From Bacteroidia bacterium (GTDB lineage: Bacteria; Bacteroidota; Bacteroidia; NS11-12g; UBA9320): a stretch of 64,000 nt of DNA. The stretch covers positions 480,001 to 544,000 of the forward strand of contig CBDCFW010000006.1 in NCBI GenBank assembly GCA_965216465.1, in the 5' to 3' direction. Below the pieces are notes generated by a model that saw nothing but the letters and a program-made list of their open reading frames with translations, searched no databases and was not told the DNA's origin. The position numbers and the translations under genes were made by a program. Positions 38,990 through 49,227 of the stretch are shown here, one piece after another (position 1 is the stretch's first letter; every line of letters begins with the position of its first letter).

Positions 38990-41776
38990 CTATGCGGACA
39001 GCTCCTTAGGCAAGCTAAGATTTATGCTATGCCCCATCTCCTCATACTTTTCAATGTGCAATTCGCCCCCAAGTTTATCCAATAGCTCTTTGATCAAAAT
39101 TGTTCCAAGCCCCCCAGTCATGCGAACCATTCTGCTTTCGTCACTTCTCGATTTAAAATACTGATTTACTTCTTCCATTCCTTCAAAAGGTGAAGCAGCA
39201 TTAATGATTTTCAACTCAATGAAATGATCTTCTTCATCAGCTAGTAAGCTAATATTTGACGCCTGGCTGTGCTTAAGCTCGTTCTCCAATAAATTCTGCA
39301 AGATGGATCGAAGCATGTGTTCATCCGATTCGATTGAAAGCGTGGGATCAACTTCATTGGTGAAGCTTCCATTTTTCATTTTAGAATTAAAACGAAGTAA
39401 GTGTAAGACATCATCAAGCAGTTTTTTAATTCTAATTTTTTGCGGTTGTAGTCTTAAATCATTTCGCTGAGTCTTGGCCCAATCTAACGTGTTTTGTAAC
39501 GAAAGTTCAATATTGTCACTTGCATCGATCATGTGAGCAATGCTGGATTCTTGTTGTTCTGGATTGCCAACTGCGTTCCGTCCCACAATCGAAAGTGAGC
39601 GAATTGAGCCCATAATATCATGCGAAATCAGTCCAATAATCTTTTCACGAAACACCATCTGTTTTACAACTTGTTCTTGACTTGCTTCCAAACGTCCTGC
39701 ATAATCCTGCAGTGAATCGAATTGGTCTTGTAAATCTCCTTTTTGACGATCTACTTCTTCTTGAAGAGAAATTGCGCGTTTTCTGAGTTGAGCAAGACGC
39801 AATCTTACAAATAAGATGACAAGACCGATACCGCTTAGCCACATCCCTAATTTGGCCCAATTCGTCTGATACCAAAGCGGAAGCACATTCAACCCTACAA
39901 TCAATTCATCCGCAACACCCTCATATGTAATCAGCTGTATACTAAGCTTGTAAGAGCCATGATGAAGACTACGAAAAACCAAGTTTTCATTCTCTTCGAG
40001 ATAAACCCAAGGAGATGATTTGCCTAATCGGTATCTTATTTGGGCATTGTTATAATGATTAAAATAGAGGCCTCTATTTTCGAATCGAATAGGTTCTTCA
40101 TCCTGATCAAAATTTAATTGAGATTTATTTGCAACAACATCGTTCTTATGAGTAAAATGCAAGATCTGATTTGTATAGCGATGAACCTTGTTGGGATTAA
40201 AATAGGTTAACCCTTTTATAGTCGGCAAGATGATTAAATCTGAATTGACTAGTGTACCACAATCATTAGCTCCTCCATTAAATTCATTGGTTACTAACCC
40301 ACTTGATCGGTCAAAATAGGCTGCTCCAATATAGTCGGATTTATTTCGAATAAACTCATAAATCTGACTCATTTTAATGTTGAACAATCCATTGTTTGTG
40401 GTTACCCATAGGGTGTTTTGATAATCTTTTAAAAGTCTATGTGCATCGTTTATCTCTTTAAATTGGCTAACTGGAAGCTTAGTTATTTCACCTTTTGCTA
40501 ACACTAAAAGACCATTGTTTGCGGTAGCCAATAACAAGGTGTCTTCTCCCAGAATTAAAAGGTCGCGAATGGCATACTCAAAAGTCTTCAGGTAAGGTTC
40601 AATTTTCTCCCCTTTACAAAAATAAAGACCTCGATTTCCGGCTATCAATATTCCTCCATTCATAGTCCATAACCCTTTTATGTAATTCTTAAATCGCTCT
40701 TCGAGCACATAACTGGAATCTTCAAAAGGATTGGTCATTTTGCCCAGATAACCAATCCATAAATGGTTTTCCTCATCGACGATCATATTGCTTTTTGGGT
40801 GCCAGTTGTAATGAGGACGAATCAGCTTCCAAGACCAACCTTTCTTTTTATAAAGTCCACTGTCATTAACCATGTATAGCTCATCGTTGTATTTGATTTT
40901 TGCATACCCATTTAGATGATAGGTTGAGTCGAGCAGCTTTAATTCTCCATCAACGATTAGATGTGTTCGATGACTAAAAACTGTATCGTTATGAACAATT
41001 ACTGAGTAGTTTGACTGGGCTCTAAATTCTGGAGAATAAGTCGTTCTAAATGGTTGATAGTCTACAATTTGTATCCCTAAATTTTTATCGATTAAAACCA
41101 ATTTCCCAATGTTTTTTGCCAGCTGAATCGATCTAATGTTTTCAAATGGTACATCGGCTACAACCTGAGTTAGCTTCCAGCTGTTGCCGCTTTTTTGAAG
41201 CTGGTAAATGGTTCGATCATGAAACATTAGCGTTGGGGAGCTTGCGTTTATTTTAGGAAGAAAAAACAGCTTAGTTGAATCGTCAGTTTGAAAACTCTTT
41301 ATGTGCTTCTTTTGATTGTTTAGTTTATAGAAAATATTAGCACCTTCAATAAAACAGGTTAAACCGTTGTGGCTTACTGTTTTTGGTGTGCTGACTGGCT
41401 GAGGAGGAAGCGAATCTATTACCCCGTCTTGTAACTTGTAAAATTCGCCACGGTAAATGTTCCCAAATACATGATAGTTACCGTCGGCTTTTTCTATAAT
41501 GTATTCTCTATCATCTCGATCAACTATGTAAAAGTGACCCGTTCGATTAAGACCATTGACTGAATAAACCTTTTTGTTCTTGCCATCGTACCGAATGAGT
41601 TCATTCTGTTGGGTAAAAATCCATAAAAATCCATGTTTTCCGACATAGACATGTAAGGCAGATTGCGTATAAACTTCGAGTTGATCGATAGCCCGCCATT
41701 GGGCAGAAGAAGCGATGGAGGTTACAACTAGCCAGCAACACAACAATCCCTTTTTCAAGAAAGTTGAAATGCACAT
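38990..41776 (-). CDS. Membrane sensor histidine kinase-like protein (propeller/Y_Y_Y plus HisKA, divergent ATPase)
   Basis: GLVTNEFNGG, PLWYQT TM helix, LISHDI H-box and QNLLENELKHS N-box. Confidence 0.78.
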   Translation of the reverse strand: MCISTFLKKGLLCCWLVVTSIASSAQWRAIDQLEVYTQSALHVYVGKHGFLWIFTQQNELIRYDGKNKKVYSVNGLNRTGHFYIVDRDDREYIIEKADGNYHVFGNIYRGEFYKLQDGVIDSLPPQPVSTPKTVSHNGLTCFIEGANIFYKLNNQKKHIKSFQTDDSTKLFFLPKINASSPTLMFHDRTIYQLQKSGNSWKLTQVVADVPFENIRSIQLAKNIGKLVLIDKNLGIQIVDYQPFRTTYSPEFRAQSNYSVIVHNDTVFSHRTHLIVDGELKLLDSTYHLNGYAKIKYNDELYMVNDSGLYKKKGWSWKLIRPHYNWHPKSNMIVDEENHLWIGYLGKMTNPFEDSSYVLEERFKNYIKGLWTMNGGILIAGNRGLYFCKGEKIEPYLKTFEYAIRDLLILGEDTLLLATANNGLLVLAKGEITKLPVSQFKEINDAHRLLKDYQNTLWVTTNNGLFNIKMSQIYEFIRNKSDYIGAAYFDRSSGLVTNEFNGGANDCGTLVNSDLIILPTIKGLTYFNPNKVHRYTNQILHFTHKNDVVANKSQLNFDQDEEPIRFENRGLYFNHYNNAQIRYRLGKSSPWVYLEENENLVFRSLHHGSYKLSIQLITYEGVADELIVGLNVLPLWYQTNWAKLGMWLSGIGLVILFVRLRLAQLRKRAISLQEEVDRQKGDLQDQFDSLQDYAGRLEASQEQVVKQMVFREKIIGLISHDIMGSIRSLSIVGRNAVGNPEQQESSIAHMIDASDNIELSLQNTLDWAKTQRNDLRLQPQKIRIKKLLDDVLHLLRFNSKMKNGSFTNEVDPTLSIESDEHMLRSILQNLLENELKHSQASNISLLADEEDHFIELKIINAASPFEGMEEVNQYFKSRSDESRMVRMTGGLGTILIKELLDKLGGELHIEKYEEMGHSINLSLPKELSA

Positions 41777-41817
41777 AGTAGTGCCTCAAATTTAAGTTCA
41801 AAATTTGGATTACCAAT

Positions 41818-44130
41818 TTACTTTAAACCCAACTTTAACCCAAGAAAGATTGATCGTGGTTGTGCTGGTCCAAAAACAAAGTTGCTGTCTCTATTCTTGC
41901 CAATATCAAAGCTTGATTGATAAGCATTCAAGATGTTCTTCGCCCCTCCATAAATGTGAATAGCCGTTTTATTTGTGCTGCGATTAAGCCGATAGTTTAG
42001 CTTAAAACTGAGCTCTGAAAAGGAACGTGTAGTGACAATTTCATCGATTTGTTGATTCGGTGCTCCTGCAAAATGAGGAACTTTCATTTTACCTGTAAAT
42101 ACATAGCTTACAGTAGATCGCAGGCGATCATTTTTTAAGCTATTGATCGTTAGGCTGGCATAGCCATACTGATTTGGCGTTCGAATAAAGTCTGTAATTC
42201 CGGGTACATTATCAATATATTGAACTGGATTATCAAAACGGCTTGTTTGCAGCGTAAATCCAGATTCGAGTTGAGCTTTTTTGTTGTAGTTGGCCCGAGC
42301 TTCTAATGTTAAGCCTTGAACAGTTGCTCCTTGGCCATTTCGCTTTTCAAACCGCTCGCCGAACGCATCTTCTCCAATAGGCTGTAAAAAGAAAGCATCG
42401 TTTAGTCGGGTATAAAATCCATCCAAAGTAAAGCCAAATATGTACTTCTCGCTAGGCTTGTCGTAGCTGATCGAAGTGCTCCAACTTGAAGAAGTTTCGG
42501 GTCTTAAATCAGGCGAAAGTTGCACTCGCGATATGCCTCCCCCCGCAAAAGCGATATGCAAATCGGTGTCGAATGCTTGAGGAGCCCTGAACCCTGTGCC
42601 ATAGTTTAATCGAAAACGCAAATCACTTGTTGGTTTAAAAAGGATGGATGCTCGAGGGTTAGCTAATGTTCCATCTACAAAATTGTGTGCGTCGAATCGA
42701 ATACCCGACAACAGGGTTATTTTAGGGAATACCTTCCATTTACTTTGAATAAAACTTCCCGGATTTTTAGTGGTCTGATCTACAAGGTAGAGGTAGGCTG
42801 GAATTTCATCAAAGACATCATCGAGCAAGTATTCTACTCCTATGGTCAATATATTTTCTCCTGTAATAAATTTTTGGATGCGGTAATTAAGCTGCATTCC
42901 AACATTGTACGTTGATACGTTCGAGGTTCCATAGGGCGGATTCGCTAGATGTTGTTGAAGTCCTTCGTTACTATCGGGTAAAATTCCGGTGTAATGATCT
43001 CTTTTGGTATGCTGCCAAGCTAAATAACTGATAAACGAAAGTTTCTGATCTTTCGAATTGATTTGATAATCTGCATTGGCCATCCACACCTGGTGATTTC
43101 TCTCTTCAGATTGTTGAGTGAGATGGGCTGGTTTATCAACCATCTCACCTCCAAAACGGTACTCATTGAGGTTACTGATACTGAACTCCAATTTTTGATT
43201 CTCCTTAGGAAGAACAAACGCTGTTAAGCCTGCAGAGGTATTTTCAATTTTTGGAATTTCGGAGAAGTTATCGCTGTTGTGATCGTAAAAGTCTCGTTGA
43301 CGATGAGTAAGAAATAGCGTTACACCCATTCGGTCGTTTTTGGATACCAAAGAGGCATTTCCGAGCAACTGATTATCATTCGTTACTGCTCCAATTTGCT
43401 GGTAAGAGTAGTCAACATTATAGCCATTCTTAGTCGGGAGTTTAGTAATAACGTTCACCGTTCCTCCAATTGCACTAGACCCATAAAGCGAAGAACCACC
43501 ACCGCGAACCACTTCAATTCTTTCAATCATATTGGTTGGAAGTTGTTCCATTCCATAGAGCCCGGTGAGTGGACTAAATACCGGTCTTCCGTTTACTAGA
43601 ATCTGGGAGTAGCCTCCAGCTAAGCCGTTCATTCTCAACTGCGTATAGTTACAAGTTTGGCAATTATTTTCAACTCTTAATCCAGGTTGAAATTTGAGTC
43701 CCTCAGACAAATTACATGCCTGAACGTTTTCTAGATTTTGTGCTGTTACTGTGCTTACTAATATTGGAGAGTTATTACGGTGCTCCATCATTTTGGTTCC
43801 AGTAACAACAATTTGGTCGAGGTCTAGAATCTCCTGATCAATTGAAAAATCGAGTTGAGTATTCTGATTTTGATGAACCAGAACTTTGAGCGTTAGAGGT
43901 TTAAAACCAACATAAGATGCTGTGATATGATAAGCTCCAGCTTCGAGCTTATTGAGCTCATAGTTTCCTTGTTCATTTGAAAATGTGCCTATCGTTGTTG
44001 AATCAATGGTGATTGTAACATAGGCAGTTGCCTCTCCTTTAACCTTCACGTTACCGGAAATGGAACCTGACTGAGCCCAAGCTGTTGAGGCTAAGACCAA
44101 TGCGAGGAATATGGTAAGCGTTCTGAACAT
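41818..44130 (-). CDS. TonB-dependent receptor
   Basis: Carboxypeptidase-like N-domain, VVTGT, IERIEVVRGGGSSLYG and a CQTC motif in the plug. Confidence 0.92.
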   Translation of the reverse strand: MFRTLTIFLALVLASTAWAQSGSISGNVKVKGEATAYVTITIDSTTIGTFSNEQGNYELNKLEAGAYHITASYVGFKPLTLKVLVHQNQNTQLDFSIDQEILDLDQIVVTGTKMMEHRNNSPILVSTVTAQNLENVQACNLSEGLKFQPGLRVENNCQTCNYTQLRMNGLAGGYSQILVNGRPVFSPLTGLYGMEQLPTNMIERIEVVRGGGSSLYGSSAIGGTVNVITKLPTKNGYNVDYSYQQIGAVTNDNQLLGNASLVSKNDRMGVTLFLTHRQRDFYDHNSDNFSEIPKIENTSAGLTAFVLPKENQKLEFSISNLNEYRFGGEMVDKPAHLTQQSEERNHQVWMANADYQINSKDQKLSFISYLAWQHTKRDHYTGILPDSNEGLQQHLANPPYGTSNVSTYNVGMQLNYRIQKFITGENILTIGVEYLLDDVFDEIPAYLYLVDQTTKNPGSFIQSKWKVFPKITLLSGIRFDAHNFVDGTLANPRASILFKPTSDLRFRLNYGTGFRAPQAFDTDLHIAFAGGGISRVQLSPDLRPETSSSWSTSISYDKPSEKYIFGFTLDGFYTRLNDAFFLQPIGEDAFGERFEKRNGQGATVQGLTLEARANYNKKAQLESGFTLQTSRFDNPVQYIDNVPGITDFIRTPNQYGYASLTINSLKNDRLRSTVSYVFTGKMKVPHFAGAPNQQIDEIVTTRSFSELSFKLNYRLNRSTNKTAIHIYGGAKNILNAYQSSFDIGKNRDSNFVFGPAQPRSIFLGLKLGLK

Positions 44131-44162
44131 ACAATCAATCACTTTAGTATTGCAAAATTAAA

Positions 44163-44182
44163 TTGTTAGGCTAATCTAACAA
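44163..44182. promoter_or_regulatory. DtxR/MntR box
   Basis: TTGTTAG-GCTAAT-CTAACAA palindrome resembling the DtxR TTAGGTTAGCCTAA core, between the divergent TBDT and regulator. Confidence 0.75.
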
Positions 44183-44226
44183 ATATTTTTTGTTGTCTTG
44201 TAATTTCATTGCAATTTTGCTCGACC

Positions 44227-44880
44227 ATGCCATCGGTAACTAAGGAGAATTATCTGAAAGCGTTATACAATTTGCATCAGCGAAATGCAGAGATCTCGGT
44301 ATCTGATTTAGGCCAAGAGTTGGAAGTTAGTAAGCCGACAGTACACGACATGGTTAAACGCTTAGAATCTCAGGGATGGGTTGATTATCAACGATATAAG
44401 CCCTTAAAGTTGACCAAAGAAGGAGAAAAGATGGCGGCTTTGGTGATACGCAAGCATCGTCTGGCTGAAATGTTTTTGGTTCAAGTAATGGGATTTGGCT
44501 GGGAGGAAGTGCACAACATGGCCGAAGAAATTGAGCATTTAAAATCTGAAAAATTATTTGACCGCATGGATGAGATCATGGGATTTCCGTCGATTGATCC
44601 ACATGGTTCGCCCATTCCAGATAAGGATGGAAATTTGACTTCACCAGACTACGTTTTGTTAAACAGCATTAAGCCTGGGGAACGCGTAGTTTTTCGAGCT
44701 TTGAAGGACAGCTCGGTTGATTTCTTAGTGTACTTGAACAAAAAGGAATTACAATTGGGCACCACGATTCATGTACAAAGTATTGAGCCTTTTGATGGTA
44801 GCATGGTAGTGGACTATGGAGAGTACGAAGGTCAGGTATTGACCGAGCGTGTAACGAAGAAGTTGCTCGTTGAGGGTTAA
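44227..44880 (+). CDS. mntR: DtxR/MntR-family metal-dependent regulator with FeoA domain
   Basis: ENYLKALY, IRKHRLAEMFL, AEEIEH and DPHGSPIP. Confidence 0.88.
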   Translation: MPSVTKENYLKALYNLHQRNAEISVSDLGQELEVSKPTVHDMVKRLESQGWVDYQRYKPLKLTKEGEKMAALVIRKHRLAEMFLVQVMGFGWEEVHNMAEEIEHLKSEKLFDRMDEIMGFPSIDPHGSPIPDKDGNLTSPDYVLLNSIKPGERVVFRALKDSSVDFLVYLNKKELQLGTTIHVQSIEPFDGSMVVDYGEYEGQVLTERVTKKLLVEG

Positions 44881-44918
44881 TCTCTAAGATTAACATACAT
44901 AAAAGCCAAAGTCAGGAC

Positions 44919-44952
44919 AAAAAAAATCCATGAGTCATTCAACTCATGGATT
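44919..44952 (-). terminator. Intrinsic terminator
   Basis: aatccatgagt...actcatggatt stem with an A-run on the left. Confidence 0.8.
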
Positions 44953-44975
44953 CAGATTAAACACTAAAGCCAATC

Positions 44976-45338
44976 TTACTCTTTAAGACCATCGGTCACC
45001 CACGCTTCGAGTGTCGCGATGTCAGCGTCTGAAAGCTTGTTGCCATTTTTAGGCATAGGAGAAACTCCTGCTTCATGTTTTACTGCTTTAATCATCTTAC
45101 CCCATTCAGCAAATGCTTTTGCATCGGCGTAGCCTTCAAGGCTTCCCACTTGCGAGCCTGCATTGTGGCATCCGCTAAAAGCACAGCTTCCGTTTAGGAT
45201 TGCTGCTGCATCATCAGTGTAAGTAGTAAAAGTTTCAACTGGATCCGGTTCTGGTTCTGGATCATCATCTTTACATGCGTTAAATAATAATAGTCCTGAA
45301 GCCAATAGGAGTACGGAGTAAAGTTTGATATTTTTCAT
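44976..45338 (-). CDS. Cytochrome c-like lipoprotein (CX4CH)
   Basis: Lipobox FNAC, CAFSGCH motif, distal PMP and LEAWV. Confidence 0.75.
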   Translation of the reverse strand: MKNIKLYSVLLLASGLLLFNACKDDDPEPEPDPVETFTTYTDDAAAILNGSCAFSGCHNAGSQVGSLEGYADAKAFAEWGKMIKAVKHEAGVSPMPKNGNKLSDADIATLEAWVTDGLKE

Positions 45339-45555
45339 ATTAGATTGAATTTAGACGAATATATGTATATACACTTAAAAATGTATGTATATACCTGTAT
45401 TTTTTGAATAGGTGGAGGAAAAATGACATAACATGCCACTCCTTAAAGTATCGACCCCTAAGCAAGAACCAGTGTTTCTGCCGATTCTAAGTAAAAATGA
45501 AGATTAGGGCAAGGATAATTTAGCATATATGAATCTTTTAATACCTTAGCAGAAT

Positions 45556-45913
45556 ATGAAGAGCTTATTTTTACTTGCAGTACTATTATTTACGCTACCA
45601 AATTTTTTCGAAAGCACAAACGGTAAATGATATTCCTATCTCAGAAATTGATGTTGAATATGTTCAAATCGTAGGAACCGCTAAACTTCTCAGTAATAAG
45701 GTTACCATTCAAATAGATTTTGGACAAGAAAACAAAGTGTTTAAAACTAAAGACACACAAGTTAGGGACAAAGATGGCCGATTAATGGTCTTTTATTCTA
45801 TGATCGATGCCTTAAACTTCATGAGTAAGAATGGCTATGATTTTGTTGAAGCTTATGCCGTGACGATTGGAAATCAAAACGTCTATCACTATTTGCTGAA
45901 AAAGAGAGAATGA
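45556..45913 (+). pseudogene. Secreted hypothetical protein interrupted by a +1 frameshift at T6 (45603-08)
   Basis: ATG 45556 gives signal peptide MKSLFLLAVLLFTLPNF then stops. Removing one T joins it to SKAQTVNDIP... of the downstream ORF. Confidence 0.7.
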
Positions 45914-45920
45914 TCTTCTA

Positions 45921-46078
45921 GTCCAACATCTGGAGCGGGGAGGTTAAAGGTTTCGTAACATGCTAAGCCGACAGCACTGCGTACTGGGTCTTTTTTTGTG
46001 CCTTTTGCCTTTCAAGGCTGCACCTTCTAGTGTAATCCAAGAAGGATTGGCTCCCTTCGGTCGCCCATCCCTGGGGGC
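45921..46078. repeat. Diverged orphan copy of the tRNA-Val-associated repeat
   Basis: aacat..aagccg..agcactgcgtact..T7gtgcc..tttcaaggc..ggattggctcccttcggtcgcccatcc (core 46044-70). Confidence 0.85.
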
Positions 46079-46101
46079 CACTAAATTTTGATGATTTACA
46101 G

Positions 46102-49100
46102 TTAGTATGCAACTACTTTACAGAACAGGAATGTTCCCTCAGCAAGTTCAATTCTGAGAATGTATAACTCACTTGCAGCATTTATTTGAAATGAATACCT
46201 GACAACCCCATCCAAACGATGATCCAAGATTTGTTTACCATCAGTTGAAAATAAAGAAATACCCACCATTTCGTGGCCATCTCCGAGATTGATATTGACC
46301 AAGCCGTCTGTTGGATTGGGATAGACAAATTCACATACATTGGTCTGGTCCACTTTAATAAAATTAATGGGAACACATGCAGAGGTGTCAACACAGCCCT
46401 CCGACTTTAATTCGACCGCATAGGTGCCATTAGTTTTTGGTGAAAATGTACTGTTGATCTGGTCAAAAATACCTGCAGAGTCACAATAGATCCACTGGAA
46501 ACTATCAGCCTTCGCAAGTGAGGTAATTACCCCAGCATCTATGGAGACAGCTGTGTCAATATGAATTATTTGCAAATCAATCACTACAATACTGTCGCAG
46601 CCAGTATGGCCTGTCAAGGTATCTTGGTAGACCCCTGATTCTGTATATATTTTTCCAGTGGGACTAAAATACTCAGCACAATGTTTCTCTTGTACGTTTG
46701 AAACAGTACTATGATACAAGGTTAAATCCAGTGTAACTAGACTGTCACACCCTTTCGTATTAGATAAGGTGTAAATAGCAGTTTGGTTGGAAGAATAGTA
46801 GGTGGCCTGATCAATCCAAACAAATGAGTCACAAGCTGTTTGTATGTCTATCCCAGTTGTGGAGCTGTTTAATACCAGATCAAGAGTATGTACAGAATCA
46901 CACCCATTTGAGTTAACAAAAGTTTTATTATAAGTTCCGCTGGAGGTGTATGTTGTACCGTCCCATATAAATTGGTCACATGCGGTTAGATTGGTTGTGT
47001 CTACAGTGGGGGAATTGAGGGTCAAGTTTAACGTGTGAACACTGTCACAACCCAATACATTGACCAGTGTTTTGGAATAGGGTCCAGAGGCGTAATAGGT
47101 GGTTCCTAGCCAGGTGAAACTGTCACATGACTCCACAGAACTTGAACCAAAGCTGGATGGATTGATAGTTAGGTTCAGTGTATGCAAGCTATCACAACCA
47201 GCCATATTCTTATATACTTTTGAATATGAACCGTTCACCTTATAGGTGCTCCCATCCCAAGAAAAACTGTCACACGATGTCACATTGTGGGTTCCAAAAT
47301 TGGAATGGTCAATGGTAAGGTCAAGGGTATGAACACTGTCACAACCCACAGCATTAATATATGTATTCTGATAAAACCCACTGGACGAATAAACGGTGCT
47401 ATCCCAAATGAAACTGTCACATGCCCATGCCTGGCTCGTATCTGTTGAGCTGTATAGAATGGTTAATTCCAAGGTGTGTACACTGTCACAGCCACTGGAA
47501 CTGGTAAAGGTCCTGTCAAATGACCCGCTGGTTGAATATGTATGATTATCCCATACAAAGCTGTCACAAGCAACAATGCTATCTGAACCTGAGATCCCTA
47601 TAGTCAAATCCAACCTTATCACACTGTCACAGCCATGGACGTCTGGGAGTGTGAAGGTAGCGGAATCAATGCTGGAGTAATACATCACTCCATCAATCCA
47701 CAGAAATGAATCGCAAGTCTGTATCTCATCCGTCCAATAGCTCGGTTCACACAAATACATGGACTGAATATAAACCCCGCTGCTCGCCCATTGCAATGAT
47801 GCACTCCCTAAGCCTGGATCAAAATCTGGATTCTTTCCATAACCTCCAGTGGTATATAATCTGTGGTCTTCCCTATACCTGATGTTAAATCCATGGGATT
47901 CATTTATTCCAAAACCCATTCCATTAAGTAAATTTCCGGCTGTATCAAACCTAGCAACGAAGGTAGCCCCTCCAGCACCTGAAATGGTCAGGGTCTTAGA
48001 AGTGTCTGGATTAATATCAAAAGCGTTTTGATAATAACCTATGACAATGGGTTGCCCTAAAGAATCCAATGCCAAATCTTCTCCTCGCAAGGTGCCACAG
48101 TTACCACAAGTTTTTTGCAGCAGGTGTGCCCAGCCAAACTCCCCATTCCCATTTAGTTTCATCAATAAAGCTCCACCATGGCAAGGTGAATCACAGGATA
48201 GAAAAAATGAATCTTGACCAGGATCATAGTCAAATCCACCTAAACCGGTGCCTGATAAGTAAATATCGCCATAGCTATTGGAGGCCACCGCATGAAGTTT
48301 GCCTCCTCCTTCAATACTGGTGACCCAGATGATATTGCCGGCTGAATCAAGTTTGAAGACAAGGTGATTGGTGGCTTGGAAAAGATCGGTCCCAGAAGAA
48401 GGATCAAAGTCCCAAGTTCCGTAGAATGATGCTATTCCTATAATTTGCCCAGAATCATTTAACCACGCATCGTTGATTGCTACTTCATATGAATGAGAAC
48501 TCGATGAAACATTAGAACCAATGACTTTGGCAAAATTAAAATCTCCATTTCGACTAAGCTTAACTAGCACGAATCCCCCAGTTGTTCCAAAAGACATATT
48601 TGAGGTGGATGCATTGGGATTGAGATTTGTGTTATCGGTAACTTTTATTGGAAGGTATAGGTTTGCAGAATCATCGAGGATAATATTGTTAATACGTTGT
48701 TTTCGACCTGCACTGGATGTGAACTGTTTTACCCAAACGAATCCCCCCGCAGAATCAAGCTTTAGAACAAAAATTTTGTCATTTGGAACCCCAGGGGTAA
48801 GGTAGTGACTGTTCGGACCGGGATCAAAATCCACAGAATCCCATGAATAAAAAGTTCCAACAACATAGACATACCCTGAGTCGTCAATCGTGATATCAGT
48901 CCCAATATCCTCCTGTCCATCACCAAATGAATATCCCCAAAGTAGATTTTCATTTGAATCATATTTCGCAACGAATATGTCTGAATAAACACTTGGATAT
49001 GCACCGGAGGCCGTAACAATATGCGTTCCGGGACCTGGGTCGAGGTCTAAATCGCCTACAAAATACCCCGTGACATATATATTTCTATTTGAATCTGTTA

Positions 49101-49227
49101 CCAGGCTAGTTCCAGCGGTTCCTTTTACATTACCTTTTAGGCCAAAGGCTTGTTCAAATATTTGGCCATTGCTGGTCCATGACATGCAAATTATTGCAAT
49201 ACAAAATATGAATCTGAATAGTGTCAC
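46102..49227 (-). CDS. T9SS type-A protein with SBBP-like propeller and 8 GCDS repeats
   Basis: D..GNIYVTGYF..DFDPG blades; eight C.SF.W..GCDSV.TL.LT repeats; VYPNPT CTD. Confidence 0.85.
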   Translation of the reverse strand: MTLFRFIFCIAIICMSWTSNGQIFEQAFGLKGNVKGTAGTSLVTDSNRNIYVTGYFVGDLDLDPGPGTHIVTASGAYPSVYSDIFVAKYDSNENLLWGYSFGDGQEDIGTDITIDDSGYVYVVGTFYSWDSVDFDPGPNSHYLTPGVPNDKIFVLKLDSAGGFVWVKQFTSSAGRKQRINNIILDDSANLYLPIKVTDNTNLNPNASTSNMSFGTTGGFVLVKLSRNGDFNFAKVIGSNVSSSSHSYEVAINDAWLNDSGQIIGIASFYGTWDFDPSSGTDLFQATNHLVFKLDSAGNIIWVTSIEGGGKLHAVASNSYGDIYLSGTGLGGFDYDPGQDSFFLSCDSPCHGGALLMKLNGNGEFGWAHLLQKTCGNCGTLRGEDLALDSLGQPIVIGYYQNAFDINPDTSKTLTISGAGGATFVARFDTAGNLLNGMGFGINESHGFNIRYREDHRLYTTGGYGKNPDFDPGLGSASLQWASSGVYIQSMYLCEPSYWTDEIQTCDSFLWIDGVMYYSSIDSATFTLPDVHGCDSVIRLDLTIGISGSDSIVACDSFVWDNHTYSTSGSFDRTFTSSSGCDSVHTLELTILYSSTDTSQAWACDSFIWDSTVYSSSGFYQNTYINAVGCDSVHTLDLTIDHSNFGTHNVTSCDSFSWDGSTYKVNGSYSKVYKNMAGCDSLHTLNLTINPSSFGSSSVESCDSFTWLGTTYYASGPYSKTLVNVLGCDSVHTLNLTLNSPTVDTTNLTACDQFIWDGTTYTSSGTYNKTFVNSNGCDSVHTLDLVLNSSTTGIDIQTACDSFVWIDQATYYSSNQTAIYTLSNTKGCDSLVTLDLTLYHSTVSNVQEKHCAEYFSPTGKIYTESGVYQDTLTGHTGCDSIVVIDLQIIHIDTAVSIDAGVITSLAKADSFQWIYCDSAGIFDQINSTFSPKTNGTYAVELKSEGCVDTSACVPINFIKVDQTNVCEFVYPNPTDGLVNINLGDGHEMVGISLFSTDGKQILDHRLDGVVRYSFQINAASELYILRIELAEGTFLFCKVVAY

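Noticed and set aside
45466-45474. gaaccagtg matching the tRNA-Val T-arm as a possible att duplicate
   Set aside because: Only 9 bp and lacks the acceptor-stem end; plausible by chance.
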